64,000 nucleotides of DNA from Promethearchaeota archaeon (GCA_016840085.1 JAEOTA010000022.1:64001-128000); one strand, 5' to 3'; shown: positions 22,862-33,893, numbered from the stretch's first letter. The notes: generated by a model not told the origin, from the sequence alone. A program made the numbers and translations.

Positions 22862-24271
22862 TTGATTTATATGAGTATTATAGAAAAAAAAGATGAGAGA
22901 GAAAAATTTTCCTATAAAAGGAGTATTTCTTATGGTGTCGGTCAATTATCAGATATAACTGCTTATCAAACATTCACATTCTTAGTATTTACATTTTACT
23001 ATGCTGTTATTGGAATTAATATTATTTCAATTATGGTAGCATTTATAATATGGGCGTTATGGAATAGTTTTAACGATTCTCTAATAGGGTTTGTTTCTGA
23101 TAGGACCCATACGAAATGGGGTAGACGTATGCCATGGATAATGATCTCACTAGCTCCATTAGCGTTAGTTGTTTTTCTTTTATTTACACCGCCTATTTCG
23201 ATTGGTATAACTAATGAGATTGCAAATTTTGTGTATTTTATGATAATTATTGTAATTTTTGAATTGTTTTTTACGATCTATGATTTAAATTTTACAGCTT
23301 TATTTCCAGAGCTTTTTATAACTGTCGAAGAGAGAACAAAAGGTAATAATATTAGACAGATTTTTGCGATATTAGGGTTAATTATGGCATTTGTCTTACC
23401 AGGATTATTTATTTCGGATTATTCAGATCCTGCATCACTAAGAGAATACCAAATTTTTGGGATTATCGTTGCTATAATAATCATTATCCCCGGACTTATC
23501 TTTTTGAAATTTTCTCCAAGAGAGAAAGCAGAATTTCGAGAAGATTATAAAAATGCTCCAAATTTTATTGAATCTGTTAAAATCTGCGTAAAAAATAAGT
23601 CTTTTGCTTGGTATATCCCTGCTGAAGTTGCAAATTGGTTTGTTTATGGTATGCTACCTGCAATTGTACCTCTATATGGGAAATATGTCTTAAATATTAC
23701 AGATACATTGCTTTTATCTTTATTATTAGGAATTGCTTTTATCTCCGCGGCTATTTTTATGACAATATTATGGAAACCTTTGGTCCAAAAAATTGGTCCA
23801 AGAAAATCTTGGTTGATATCAATGTCAATCTGGGCAATAATACTATTTTTCCTTATGGTAATTGGAGATCCAATCTCTGGAATGATAGTATTTTTTCTGA
23901 TGGGTATTGGCTTGTCTGGTTCCTTATACATTATTGATATAATCATTTCTGATATTATTGATGAGGATGAAGTTAATACAGGAACTCGTAGAGAAGGTGC
24001 ATATTATGGAGTCAATATGTTCCTTATGCATTTATCCACTGTAGTAGTGTTTTTAGTTATTGGTCCAGTATTTCTCATCTCTAATTGGTATGAATTTAAT
24101 CCTGCTGACGTTCCAATTTCAAGTCTCCGAATTTTAATTTCAATCTTTCCGATAATTGCGTTGCTAATTGGTATTTTTGTTATCTACAAATATCCTTTAG
24201 ATGGGGCACGATTAAAAAAAGTTAAGGAACAATGTGAAAAATTGCACAAAGAAAAGAAATCAAAATTATAA
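22862..24271 (+). CDS. MFS glycoside-pentoside-hexuronide (GPH) symporter
   Basis: SDRTHTKWGRRMPW and DIIDEDEVNTGTRREGAYYG motifs; about 12 TM segments. Confidence 0.92.
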   Translation: MIYMSIIEKKDEREKFSYKRSISYGVGQLSDITAYQTFTFLVFTFYYAVIGINIISIMVAFIIWALWNSFNDSLIGFVSDRTHTKWGRRMPWIMISLAPLALVVFLLFTPPISIGITNEIANFVYFMIIIVIFELFFTIYDLNFTALFPELFITVEERTKGNNIRQIFAILGLIMAFVLPGLFISDYSDPASLREYQIFGIIVAIIIIIPGLIFLKFSPREKAEFREDYKNAPNFIESVKICVKNKSFAWYIPAEVANWFVYGMLPAIVPLYGKYVLNITDTLLLSLLLGIAFISAAIFMTILWKPLVQKIGPRKSWLISMSIWAIILFFLMVIGDPISGMIVFFLMGIGLSGSLYIIDIIISDIIDEDEVNTGTRREGAYYGVNMFLMHLSTVVVFLVIGPVFLISNWYEFNPADVPISSLRILISIFPIIALLIGIFVIYKYPLDGARLKKVKEQCEKLHKEKKSKL

Positions 24272-24547
24272 TTCTATATTCCTTTTTCTAATATATTTTA
24301 ACACGTTTGCCACTTTTAGTCTAATTAGCTAGAATCTTAAAGATATATTTATCTTTCTTTTTACATACAAATCTATATTATCTTATCGAAAATAAAATGA
24401 ATAAATCCACAAATTAAGTATTTTATTTTGATTTCCTAGGTTTATTTAAGATTAATATATTTATTAGGAAAGAAAGAGAAATATTATCAATTTAAAATTA
24501 TATCAAAATTTTAAATATTAAAAAAATATTAAGAGAAAGAAATAATT

Positions 24548-25957
24548 ATGACTGAACAGAGAAATCAAACAGAAGAAGAATTTAGCTTAATAACTGCTGT
24601 AAAGTTTGGTACTGGCCAACTTTCGGATATAGTTGCGTATCAAACATTCTTTTTTTGGATATTTACATTCTATTATACAATTGTAATCCAGAATACAACA
24701 CTTATTGCCATAGCTTTTATAATTTGGAGTGTTTGGAATGCTTTTAATGATCCAATCTTAGGATATTTATCAGATCGTACTCATACTAGATGGGGTCGAA
24801 GAATTCCCTGGATTATCGCTGCGATTGGACCATTATCCTTAATTATGTTTTTATTATTCAGTCCTCCTAAAACTTTTGGCATAGATTCAATATTAGTAAA
24901 TTTCATCTACTTCTTTATAATTATTATTGTTTTTGAACTATTTTATACAATGTTTTCAATAAATCAAACAAGTCTTTTTCCAGAACAGTTCATTAATGAA
25001 GGCGTAAGGGGGAAAGTTAATACTGTGAAACAAATATTTTCTGTACTCGGATTAATAGTTGCAGCTATTTTACCCTCCCTTTTCATGGAAGACCCCATGG
25101 TTGAGGAATCATTGCCTAATTGGTCTATATTTGGAATTTTTCTTGCTGCTTTAACATTTGTTTTTGGGTTTTTCTTTATAAAATGGGGGGCAAAAGAAAA
25201 AAAAGAATTTAGAGAGGATTATAAGGAAGCTCCAAAAATATTTGAGGCAATAAAGTTATGTGTTAAAAGTAAAAGCTTTAGGTGGTACATTCCTGCAGAA
25301 ATCGCGAATTGGTTTGTTTATGGAATGCTTCCAACAATAATCCCCCTCTATGGAAGATACGTTTTAGGGATTGAAGCAGGTTCTATGGAATTATCAATAC
25401 TACTAGGAATTGGTTTTATTTCTGCAGCAATATTTATAAATTTCTGGAGATGGGTGGCTAAAAAGATAGGTCCAAGAAAAGCTTGGATGGCTTCATTGTC
25501 CGCTTGGATATTAACATTATTACCTTTCCTATTTATTAGCTCATTCGAAGAAGGATTAATTTTCTTCTTTATAATGGGTATTGGATTAGCGGGATCAATG
25601 GTTCTTATAGATTTGATTGTTTCTGACATTATAGATGAAGATGAAGTTAATACAGGGACTCGTAGAGAAGGTGCATATTATGGTGTAAATGCCCTATTTT
25701 TACGCTTTTCTACGGTATTTGTATTTATTGCTGTAGGGGTTGTTTTTGCAGGTTTTGGATGGGAAGAGTATGATCCATTAATTAATGACCCAGATGCACT
25801 AGTTATTGCTCTAAAGATTTTGATGGTTGCCTTACCCGCAATTGCAATAGCAATAGGAATAATATCACTTTACAAGTATCCACTAGACGGAGAAAAATTA
25901 AAACAAGTGAAAGAAAAGCTAAAGCAAATTCATCAGGAAAAGAAAATAAAAGTATAA
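24548..25957 (+). CDS. MFS GPH symporter (tandem paralog)
   Basis: NDPILGYLSDRTHTRWGRRIPW and DIIDEDEVNTGTRREGAYYG; same length as its neighbour. Confidence 0.92.
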   Translation: MTEQRNQTEEEFSLITAVKFGTGQLSDIVAYQTFFFWIFTFYYTIVIQNTTLIAIAFIIWSVWNAFNDPILGYLSDRTHTRWGRRIPWIIAAIGPLSLIMFLLFSPPKTFGIDSILVNFIYFFIIIIVFELFYTMFSINQTSLFPEQFINEGVRGKVNTVKQIFSVLGLIVAAILPSLFMEDPMVEESLPNWSIFGIFLAALTFVFGFFFIKWGAKEKKEFREDYKEAPKIFEAIKLCVKSKSFRWYIPAEIANWFVYGMLPTIIPLYGRYVLGIEAGSMELSILLGIGFISAAIFINFWRWVAKKIGPRKAWMASLSAWILTLLPFLFISSFEEGLIFFFIMGIGLAGSMVLIDLIVSDIIDEDEVNTGTRREGAYYGVNALFLRFSTVFVFIAVGVVFAGFGWEEYDPLINDPDALVIALKILMVALPAIAIAIGIISLYKYPLDGEKLKQVKEKLKQIHQEKKIKV

Positions 25958-26060
25958 TTTTTCATTCTTTTTTTTTATATATGATTGTAAAATACGAAAT
26001 TGTAAAAAATTATTGAAAATAGTATAATTGTTAGAAGTGAAGTTATTGGTACGAATAATT

Positions 26061-27371
26061 TTAAGTTTTTAATTTCTTTAATTTAGCCACTCCACCGCGT
26101 ATTCTTGATAGAATTTCATCAAGTTCTCGTTTTTGAACAACTAAAGGAGGTAAAATTTTGAGAGTATCTTTTTTATTATGGCAATAATCAAGAAGAACTC
26201 CTTCTTTAATGATAGATAACATACCTAACTGGCTATCATCCTCTTTGTAGAATTCTACACCCCACATTAGACCTCTCCCTCTTACATCCTTAATCAAATC
26301 AGGAAATTCATTTTTTATCTTTTCTAATCCTTTCTGGAAAACAGCTCCCATCTCCTTAACATGAGCTAAAAACTTAGGATCTGATTGGATTTCTAACATT
26401 TCTGAAGCGATTGCACATCCGATATCAGAACCACCAGTAGTCGAGATTTGTATAAACGGTTCATCTTTATATACAGCTTTTTCAATAAAAGGTCTGTAAC
26501 TACAGACGGAAAGGGGATAAATTCCCGCACTCATTCCTTTTCCTAATACTATAAAATCAGGAACAACTTTTTCATTTGGATATAATCCTCCATAAACAGC
26601 CCATAATTCCCCCGTTCTACCAAGCCCTGCTTGAACTTCATCTATAATCATCATTGTACCTGTATCATCACAAATCTCTCTTACTTCCGCAAAATATCCC
26701 TCAGGAGCAATTAATATACCCGCTGTCGCTGGAATCGTTTCCAATATTACACACGCAATCTTATTTGTTACTGCTTTTCTCAATGCATTAATATCACCAA
26801 AAGGAATTTGTTTAAATTCTGGAAGATTCCATAGAAAAATATCTCTGAAATCTGGATCTCCTGTCGCTAAAGCAAAACCAGTATGTCCATGATAACCACC
26901 TATAGCAGACACACATCCTTTTCTTTTTGTAACAGCTCTCGAAAACTTAATCGCACAATCTATTGCTTCTCCTCCACTAACTCCAAATGTAGTTTTACTA
27001 ATATCACCCGGCATTAAATCTGCTAATTTTTTTCCTAAAAGAGCTCTTTGCTCAGATAATAGAATATGATCACCTAAATCTAATCCACCATCTAACGCAT
27101 CTTTAAGAATTTGAAGTATTCGTGGATTTCGATGACCTAAATTAAATACTCCTCCAGAAGTACGACAATTATATAATTCTAAGGGAGGTTCACCCACTCT
27201 TGAACCTTCTAACGTTTTTAATTTGACACCCTCTCTTTCACCTGGAATAAAACCTAATCCAAAACCCTTGAAAAATCGTACTTTTGGAGCATTCACATAT
27301 TTTGAATATAATTTTAGTAATTCTTTCTGAGATAAAGTTCCAATAAATTTGTTTTTATGGTTTTCATTCAT
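26061..27371 (-). CDS. Class III PLP-dependent aminotransferase
   Basis: FNLGHRNP, SGGEAID, YHGHT, DEVQAGLGRTG, PDFIVLGKGMSAG, VRGRGLMWG. Confidence 0.92.
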   Translation of the reverse strand: MNENHKNKFIGTLSQKELLKLYSKYVNAPKVRFFKGFGLGFIPGEREGVKLKTLEGSRVGEPPLELYNCRTSGGVFNLGHRNPRILQILKDALDGGLDLGDHILLSEQRALLGKKLADLMPGDISKTTFGVSGGEAIDCAIKFSRAVTKRKGCVSAIGGYHGHTGFALATGDPDFRDIFLWNLPEFKQIPFGDINALRKAVTNKIACVILETIPATAGILIAPEGYFAEVREICDDTGTMMIIDEVQAGLGRTGELWAVYGGLYPNEKVVPDFIVLGKGMSAGIYPLSVCSYRPFIEKAVYKDEPFIQISTTGGSDIGCAIASEMLEIQSDPKFLAHVKEMGAVFQKGLEKIKNEFPDLIKDVRGRGLMWGVEFYKEDDSQLGMLSIIKEGVLLDYCHNKKDTLKILPPLVVQKRELDEILSRIRGGVAKLKKLKT

Positions 27372-27495
27372 GATTGATATTTAAAACTCAAAAATATATT
27401 AAAATTTGCTTATATCATTTTTGAAAATAATTCTATATAAATTTTTAAATATCTAATTATCTAATCTTAAAATATTCTAACAAAATTTAATTAAA

Positions 27496-29115
27496 ATGAA
27501 AATGAAAACTTATAAACAATTTTTTATATCAATTATAATTTTTTGTTTTGCTTTAAATCTCATACTAGCAAATTCTTTTATATTCAACCATTTAGGCAAA
27601 ATTGACACACAAAGAGATTTTCCTAAGTCAGCTACTATTCCAGAACTAAATGATGAATGGTATGTTACATGGAGTAGTCACAGCTATTATGGAGAAGGAG
27701 CTCATGATGTAGCAATAGATTCCTCAGGCGATATATATATAGCAGGCTATACATTTGGTATTGGTGCGGGTCATGCGGATTTAGCATTAGTTAAATTTGA
27801 TAAAAATGGGGGATTATTATGGAATTTAACATATGGATATCCAGAACAAGATCGTGCTCGCGCTGTTGCTGTAGATTCTGATGATTGTGTTTATATGGCA
27901 GGATTTACTGACACGATTATGGGATTTGATAAGGATCATGATTTTTGTATAGCAAAGTATTATAAAAATGGTACTCAAGCATGGAACTCAACATGGGGAT
28001 CATATCTCAGCGAAGAAGCCTATGATATGGTAATTGACTCATCAGATAATATCTATATTGCAGGGTTTAGATATGTTGAACCAAATGATTTTTGTTTTGT
28101 CAAATATGATAAATCTGGACATGATCAGATGGGTAGAGTGTGGGCTTCTGCGGGTTGGGATCAGTGTTATGGTATAGCTGTAGATTCAAAAGGAAATATT
28201 TATTTAGCAGGAGATAAATATGGCGGAGATTCTTTAGGTTATGATATGTGCTTAGTAAAATATAACAGTAGCGGTGATTTCCAATGGTATCAATTATGGG
28301 GTGGTATTGGCTATGAAAGTGGTAAAGCAATTGCAATAGATAGCTCAGATAATATATACCTTGCGGGAGTCACAACTACGTTTAGTGAAGCAAAAGGAGA
28401 TATATGTCTAGTAAAATATAATTCTGGAGGTACTCAACTGTGGAATACTACGTGGGGTGGAGATGAGGAAGAGGTGGTGTCAGATATTGTATTAGATTCT
28501 TCGGGGAATGTTTATCTGGTCGGAAATACAGATCTTGATGGAGATGAATTTACTTCAGTTACTGTAGCAAAATTCAACAATCTTGGCCAATTACAATGGT
28601 ATGATTTATGGGAAGAAGGATGGGCGTACGATTTACAAGGAATCGCATTGGATTCTTCTGGAGACGCTTTCATCGCTAATGATTTTAATGGAATGACTTT
28701 AGTAAAATTTAGCTCAGTTCCGAAGATTGTAATTAAATCCCCTAAAGTAAATGGGACATATAATTCGATTGCCCCAAACTTTACATTATCTATTTCAGAA
28801 CCTGATTTAGATAAAACATGGTATACTCTTGACGAAGGTATTACAAATATTACATTTACGGGATTGAAAGGGCAAATTAATCAAGCTGAATGGGATAAAT
28901 TTGGAAATGGCAGTACCGTTAATATTCGATTTTACGCACAAGATACATTTGATTATATAGGTTCTGCTAATGTAACTGTTATAAAGGAAACTACCGCTGG
29001 AGGAAAAAAGTCACCAATTATTCCAAGTTATCATATTTTTATAATTATTGGGATTATTGGAACAATTTCTATAATCATAACTCGGAGGTTAAAAAAATAT
29101 GAAATCCAAAGTTAA
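27496..29115 (+). CDS. Surface beta-propeller (SBBP-type repeats) with a C-terminal membrane anchor
   Basis: Signal peptide; repeated IAIDSSDNIYLAG...LVKY...G..LWN.TWG units; IPSY followed by a TM helix and basic tail. Confidence 0.85.
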   Translation: MKMKTYKQFFISIIIFCFALNLILANSFIFNHLGKIDTQRDFPKSATIPELNDEWYVTWSSHSYYGEGAHDVAIDSSGDIYIAGYTFGIGAGHADLALVKFDKNGGLLWNLTYGYPEQDRARAVAVDSDDCVYMAGFTDTIMGFDKDHDFCIAKYYKNGTQAWNSTWGSYLSEEAYDMVIDSSDNIYIAGFRYVEPNDFCFVKYDKSGHDQMGRVWASAGWDQCYGIAVDSKGNIYLAGDKYGGDSLGYDMCLVKYNSSGDFQWYQLWGGIGYESGKAIAIDSSDNIYLAGVTTTFSEAKGDICLVKYNSGGTQLWNTTWGGDEEEVVSDIVLDSSGNVYLVGNTDLDGDEFTSVTVAKFNNLGQLQWYDLWEEGWAYDLQGIALDSSGDAFIANDFNGMTLVKFSSVPKIVIKSPKVNGTYNSIAPNFTLSISEPDLDKTWYTLDEGITNITFTGLKGQINQAEWDKFGNGSTVNIRFYAQDTFDYIGSANVTVIKETTAGGKKSPIIPSYHIFIIIGIIGTISIIITRRLKKYEIQS

Positions 29116-31009
29116 CAATGTAATATTTATCGTAATTATAGGCATGCTACTTGGATTAACAATGTCAGTAAGCTATTGTTCAACCTTTAATCCAGATTTT
29201 CTTGTTTTAAATATAAAAGTTGATGATCAGACAAATAATTTAATGATTTCAGCACCGTCAGAAAATGGAATACCAATATGTGATAAAGTCCGTACCCAAC
29301 GTGAACCAAAAATAGCCATAGATGGTTCAGGAGGTGCCTTTATTTCTTGGTCGGATCATAGAAATAATGAGTATTATTCTGATTTATATTCTCAACGGAT
29401 TGATTCTGATGGTAATTTTCATTGGCTACAAAGAGGGATACCTGTTGATTTTGGCGCTGCCGCTTATGTTAACATAATTAACGATGATATGGGGGGAGCA
29501 ATCCTTATATGGGAGGATTATCATCAATCTAATTCCGGGATTTTTGGAATGCGAATCGGATCAAATGGTGGGAGATTATGGCCAGGACTTCGTGTTGCTG
29601 TATGTACTGCCGTTAATGGAGGAACAAATTATGGAACTCAAATAATAAATGATGAAACAGGCGGAGTTATTGCCACTTGGGTTGATGAAAGAGTAGAGTA
29701 TACTCTATATATTTATGCTCAAAGAGTGAATGCAACAGGGAATGTCGTATGGAATCCTACCGGGGTTCCTATTTGTACGGCAGCTAATTATCAATATAGT
29801 CCAACAATTTGTAATGATGGAGAAGGAGGCGCAATCATAACTTGGGAGGATACTAGGGGAATAGGAAGTGATAATGATATATATATTCAACATATCAATT
29901 CTACTGGAGGCGGTAATTGGACAGTTAACGGTGAACCTGTTTGTACTGATCCTTATCAGCAAAATAACCCTAAAATTTGTAGTGATAATAATAATGGTGC
30001 GATTGTTGCTTGGATTGATGGGAGGAATTCCTATAATGCTGACATTTATGCTCAGAGGATCGATAAAAATGGACAAGCACAATGGACAACAAATGGAATT
30101 GAAGTCGCTTTAACGGATGGAGACATTTATGATTTTAAGATTTGTAGTGATGGCGCGGGAGGTGCAATAATTGTATGGAATGATCTAACTTCAAACAATT
30201 ATGGTATTTATGCTCAACGAATTGATTCAAATGGAGCTACATTGTGGAATACTGATGGTGAACCTATATGTACAGTAAACACTTCCATACAAAATCTTCA
30301 AATATGTAGTGATGGAGGGGGAGGTGCGATAATTGCGTGGGAGGATGGAAGATCAGAAGAATATTACAGTGATATTTATGCCCAACGAATCGATTCAAGT
30401 GGAAATGTACAATGGACAAAAAATGGTATTCCGATAGTCAAAGCGCTTTATGATCAAAAATACTCAGATATAGTCTCTGACGGTGAGGGTGGAGCAATAA
30501 TCACATGGGAGGATTGGAGAAGTGGCAACGATGCAGATATCTATGCACAAAGAGTTAATTCTGATGGAGAGCTTCAATGGCTGCGTGAAAATGAGGCTCC
30601 AATCTCAAATCATCCTGAAGATATGTCATTTCCAGATTATCACCATGACACTATAAACTGGACAATATATGATGATTCCGAGAGCGGCACTTTTCGAGTA
30701 TTAATAAATAAATCTGCAGATGATTTTTTTGTATGGATGGATTGGTATACTTGGTTTAACGATACACTGATTCAAGTTCCTATCAATAATACTTATACAG
30801 GGATTTATGATTATACTATTGAATATTATGATAATGAATTTGTTTCTGGCGTTTCTGATACAGTTAGAGTCGACTTTGAAACTCGAGATGGGGGAAGGAG
30901 AATACCTTTTAAGATAGCATTTGGTAACTATCATCTATTGTTTAGTTTTCTTGGTATAATTGCAATTGTGATTCTTACAAAACATAGAATTTCATCTAAA
31001 CCTAAATAA
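29099..31009 (+). CDS. Surface repeat (beta-propeller-like) protein with a C-terminal membrane anchor
   Basis: Signal peptide; about 8 repeats of ICSDG.GGAII.WED.R...DIYAQRI...G...W..NG.P; IAFGNY followed by a TM helix and basic tail. Confidence 0.85.
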   Translation: MKSKVNNVIFIVIIGMLLGLTMSVSYCSTFNPDFLVLNIKVDDQTNNLMISAPSENGIPICDKVRTQREPKIAIDGSGGAFISWSDHRNNEYYSDLYSQRIDSDGNFHWLQRGIPVDFGAAAYVNIINDDMGGAILIWEDYHQSNSGIFGMRIGSNGGRLWPGLRVAVCTAVNGGTNYGTQIINDETGGVIATWVDERVEYTLYIYAQRVNATGNVVWNPTGVPICTAANYQYSPTICNDGEGGAIITWEDTRGIGSDNDIYIQHINSTGGGNWTVNGEPVCTDPYQQNNPKICSDNNNGAIVAWIDGRNSYNADIYAQRIDKNGQAQWTTNGIEVALTDGDIYDFKICSDGAGGAIIVWNDLTSNNYGIYAQRIDSNGATLWNTDGEPICTVNTSIQNLQICSDGGGGAIIAWEDGRSEEYYSDIYAQRIDSSGNVQWTKNGIPIVKALYDQKYSDIVSDGEGGAIITWEDWRSGNDADIYAQRVNSDGELQWLRENEAPISNHPEDMSFPDYHHDTINWTIYDDSESGTFRVLINKSADDFFVWMDWYTWFNDTLIQVPINNTYTGIYDYTIEYYDNEFVSGVSDTVRVDFETRDGGRRIPFKIAFGNYHLLFSFLGIIAIVILTKHRISSKPK

Positions 31010-31244
31010 AAAGTAAAATTTAAAAATTTTTTTTTAATATATTATTTCTGTTTGTTTTAGAGTCATTTTAAAAAAGAATATATTATAAATTAAGAGAGTC
31101 TTGAGGAATAAGTATTGAAACTTTTTAATCATGCTAGCTAAAAAGAATGATTATATTATAATTATAATATTAGAAAATAAAAAGGAATATTAAAAAAATC
31201 ATAAATAATATTTTCCAGATTAACGATCTAGAAGTGTTCTTCGC

Positions 31245-32072
31245 TTAAAACTCATAACCACATTTTTTACAAACATGTTTCTTAGCGTACATAGGGATAT
31301 GTCCAACATAGCTTAAGACTTTACTTTTATCTTCAACAGTTTTAATGTCTTGACCAACTGCACCGCACATGGGGCATGTAATTCGCTCATCGCTAATGAA
31401 ACCACCTGCACCTATTTCTGGGGGTTTTAATTCGTCCAATTCAGTTTCAACTTCTTGGAGGTGAGCAGTTGTAGATTCAATTGCTTGGTCCTTTTCTGTA
31501 AGTGCATCATTTAATTCTTGAATTTGAGTATCTCTTTGTAATAAGGTATTATTTAATTCACTTAATTGAGAATTCAAATTGGAAAGCTTCTTACTTAAAT
31601 CTTCATTTTCAGATTTTAATTTATTTATTTCATCTTGATTTGAGGAAATTGAATTATTGGTTTCATTTAGTGTGGATTCTAAATTAGTGATAGTTGATTT
31701 AGCAGCTTCTATCTCTGACATTAAACTATTAATTTTTTCATCTGATTCGCTAATTTTGGTTTTGTGTTTTTCTATTTCTGCATTTAAGTTATTGATTGTT
31801 TGATCTTTTTCAATAACATCTGCTCTAGTTTCTTCTAGTGTATTTTTAGTTTGAATGAGTTCACTTTCAGTATTTTCAAGCTGTATTTTAGTATCAGCAA
31901 GGTCATTTTTAATATTTCCAAGTTCCTCTTTAGTACTTGATAATTCGGATTTTGTATCTGATAATTGTTTTTCTAAATCATTTACTTTATCTCTAAGGTC
32001 TAATAAAGCTTTACCTATAACTGAAACCTTCTTGTCGGGTTTTTCTTCTGCCTTTGCCCAATCTATAGAAAT
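31245..32072 (-). CDS. Long coiled-coil protein with a C-terminal zinc ribbon; probable ATT start (275 aa; ORF track gives 158 aa from 31721)
   Basis: The frame is open for 117 codons upstream of ATG 31721 (SIDWAKAEEKPDKKVSVIGKALLDLRDKVNDLEKQLSDTKSEL...). AGGTGA at 32084-32079. C-terminal CPMCG...CKKCGYEF. Confidence 0.8.
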   Translation of the reverse strand: MSIDWAKAEEKPDKKVSVIGKALLDLRDKVNDLEKQLSDTKSELSSTKEELGNIKNDLADTKIQLENTESELIQTKNTLEETRADVIEKDQTINNLNAEIEKHKTKISESDEKINSLMSEIEAAKSTITNLESTLNETNNSISSNQDEINKLKSENEDLSKKLSNLNSQLSELNNTLLQRDTQIQELNDALTEKDQAIESTTAHLQEVETELDELKPPEIGAGGFISDERITCPMCGAVGQDIKTVEDKSKVLSYVGHIPMYAKKHVCKKCGYEF

Positions 32073-32277
32073 AATTTTTCACCTTATTTAGATAATTATT
32101 AATTTTATATTGAATTTATGAATTAATTTTTTTAATGATATATAAATCATATTGAATTAAGATTTTAATTGTTTTTCTTTTTGACATTTAGAGAAGTCAA
32201 AATATATATGATGATTTAATTAAAAGCAAGGCTATAATATAATATAGAGAAAACTTAATTAAAGTTCAATTAGTTCA

Positions 32278-33150
32278 ATGGAAAATAAAATTGATTCACA
32301 ATTCAGAATCGAATATATTTCCACCTCAGGAGTATATAAAACTCTTTTTACGCCAATTATCATTTTACAGTTGTTTGTAGGCTGGATTACCGTCCTTTTC
32401 ATTAATCTATGGTATTATAATGATCTTTACTATCTTCTAACAGGAAAAAGTTTTTTACCCTTTATTTTAATTGGTCAATGGTGGGAATGGCTTTTACTCC
32501 CTTTGAATCTTTATGGCAATCTTTTTCTATTTGTATTCTCAATAATTTTGTTTTCAGCAGGAATATATAAAGTTTTAAATAAACTAAATCCACCGAAAGA
32601 AGGTGTATTTGAAAAAGGAAGTAAAGAATGGAAATATATTCACCGTAGATTCTGGACAGCATATTTTCCAATCTGGTTAACAAGGGCTTTACCTATACCT
32701 TGGTCAGATATTTTTGTGTATCGATTCTTTGGGGTCCCAATTGGGAAAAATGTAGTAGCTTATGAAGGTTATATTGATCCTGAGTTTGTAGAAATAGGTG
32801 ATTATACAATGACTTCTCTAAATATTTGTATTTTTTCTCATCTGATATATCATGATAAGGTAATAGTTAAAAAAGTAAAAATAGGGAAAGCCTGTGTTGT
32901 AGGACCTCAAAGTATCATCAATCCAGGCACTATAATGGAAGATAATGCCGTTTTGGGAGCAAATAGTTATACATGGGTAGGACAAGAATTGGAAGGAAAT
33001 TTAATTCATGTTGGAACGCCTGTGAGTATGAAAATTCCAATACAAACTTTAGAGGAATCGCAAGAAAAAGTAGAAAAAATCAAAGACGAAATAAGCGATA
33101 AGAGGTCCAGCCTAAATCATAAAAATAAACGTGGGGGTTCTGATAACTAA
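32278..33150 (+). CDS. Membrane-anchored left-handed beta-helix (acyltransferase-like) protein
   Basis: Two TM helices, PPKEGVF, then FFGVPIGKNV...VKIGKACVVGPQSIINPGT hexapeptide repeats. Confidence 0.8.
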   Translation: MENKIDSQFRIEYISTSGVYKTLFTPIIILQLFVGWITVLFINLWYYNDLYYLLTGKSFLPFILIGQWWEWLLLPLNLYGNLFLFVFSIILFSAGIYKVLNKLNPPKEGVFEKGSKEWKYIHRRFWTAYFPIWLTRALPIPWSDIFVYRFFGVPIGKNVVAYEGYIDPEFVEIGDYTMTSLNICIFSHLIYHDKVIVKKVKIGKACVVGPQSIINPGTIMEDNAVLGANSYTWVGQELEGNLIHVGTPVSMKIPIQTLEESQEKVEKIKDEISDKRSSLNHKNKRGGSDN

Positions 33151-33888
33151 ATGTTTCAACCTGCGAGCTTAAAGGGCGACTCTCCAACACCTATAGATGA
33201 GAGAATTAGGAATAAATATCTTTTTCTTTATGTGATGATAATAATTTTGAGTTTAATTCCTTGTTCGATTTTTGAATATTTTTACATTTTGCTTTTTTGG
33301 AAGGCTAGAATGTATTTATTCTTCTTTCTATTAGTACCCTTTAATTTAGTCATAGTTTTCTATATTCTTCAAGTATCTGCTATTTTATTTTCAGTGTTAT
33401 TTTTAACTATTTTAAGATTACTATATCCTCCTAAAGAGGGAATATTTACCCGAGATATTAAAGATAAAAATTATTTTTTCTGGAATCTGCGAAATATTGC
33501 AAAAAAGTGGGCTCTTTTTGTTACAGCCTCTAATCCCTTTCCTTGGTTAAAAAATCGATTTACACTGAGATTCTTTGGAGTAAAAATTGGTAAAAAGGGA
33601 ATTTGTGATAATAGTTGGATCTCTTCAGAATTTGTGTCTGTAGGTAAAAATGTTATTATCGGGATGAATAGCACCCTATTAAGTTTTGGAATTGAACAAG
33701 ACAAATTCATTTTAAAAAAGATTATTATTGAAAATGATGTGATAATCGGAGCTAAATGTATAATATTACCAGGCACCCATATAAAAAAGAATGCGAAATT
33801 ATCTGCTCATTCATATACTAATTTTAATGAAATATTAAAAGAAAATTTAATATATTCAGGCCATCCAGCAAAATTAAAAGAGAATTAG
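33151..33888 (+). CDS. Membrane-anchored left-handed beta-helix protein (paralog)
   Basis: Two TM helices, PPKEGIF, FFGVKIGK...IIIENDVIIGAKCIILPGT. Abuts the previous gene. Confidence 0.8.
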   Translation: MFQPASLKGDSPTPIDERIRNKYLFLYVMIIILSLIPCSIFEYFYILLFWKARMYLFFFLLVPFNLVIVFYILQVSAILFSVLFLTILRLLYPPKEGIFTRDIKDKNYFFWNLRNIAKKWALFVTASNPFPWLKNRFTLRFFGVKIGKKGICDNSWISSEFVSVGKNVIIGMNSTLLSFGIEQDKFILKKIIIENDVIIGAKCIILPGTHIKKNAKLSAHSYTNFNEILKENLIYSGHPAKLKEN

Positions 33889-33893
33889 TCAAT

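Noticed and set aside
23966-25684. Near-identical ~45-nt stretch in the two GPH transporter genes
   Set aside because: It encodes the conserved DEVNTGTRREGAYYG motif of tandem paralogs. It is not a mobile repeat or a DGR template/variable pair, and there is no reverse transcriptase.
27496-31009. Repetitive sequence considered as a possible CRISPR array or tandem DNA repeat
   Set aside because: The repeats are degenerate, in-frame protein repeats. There are no identical direct repeats with spacers and no cas genes in the window.
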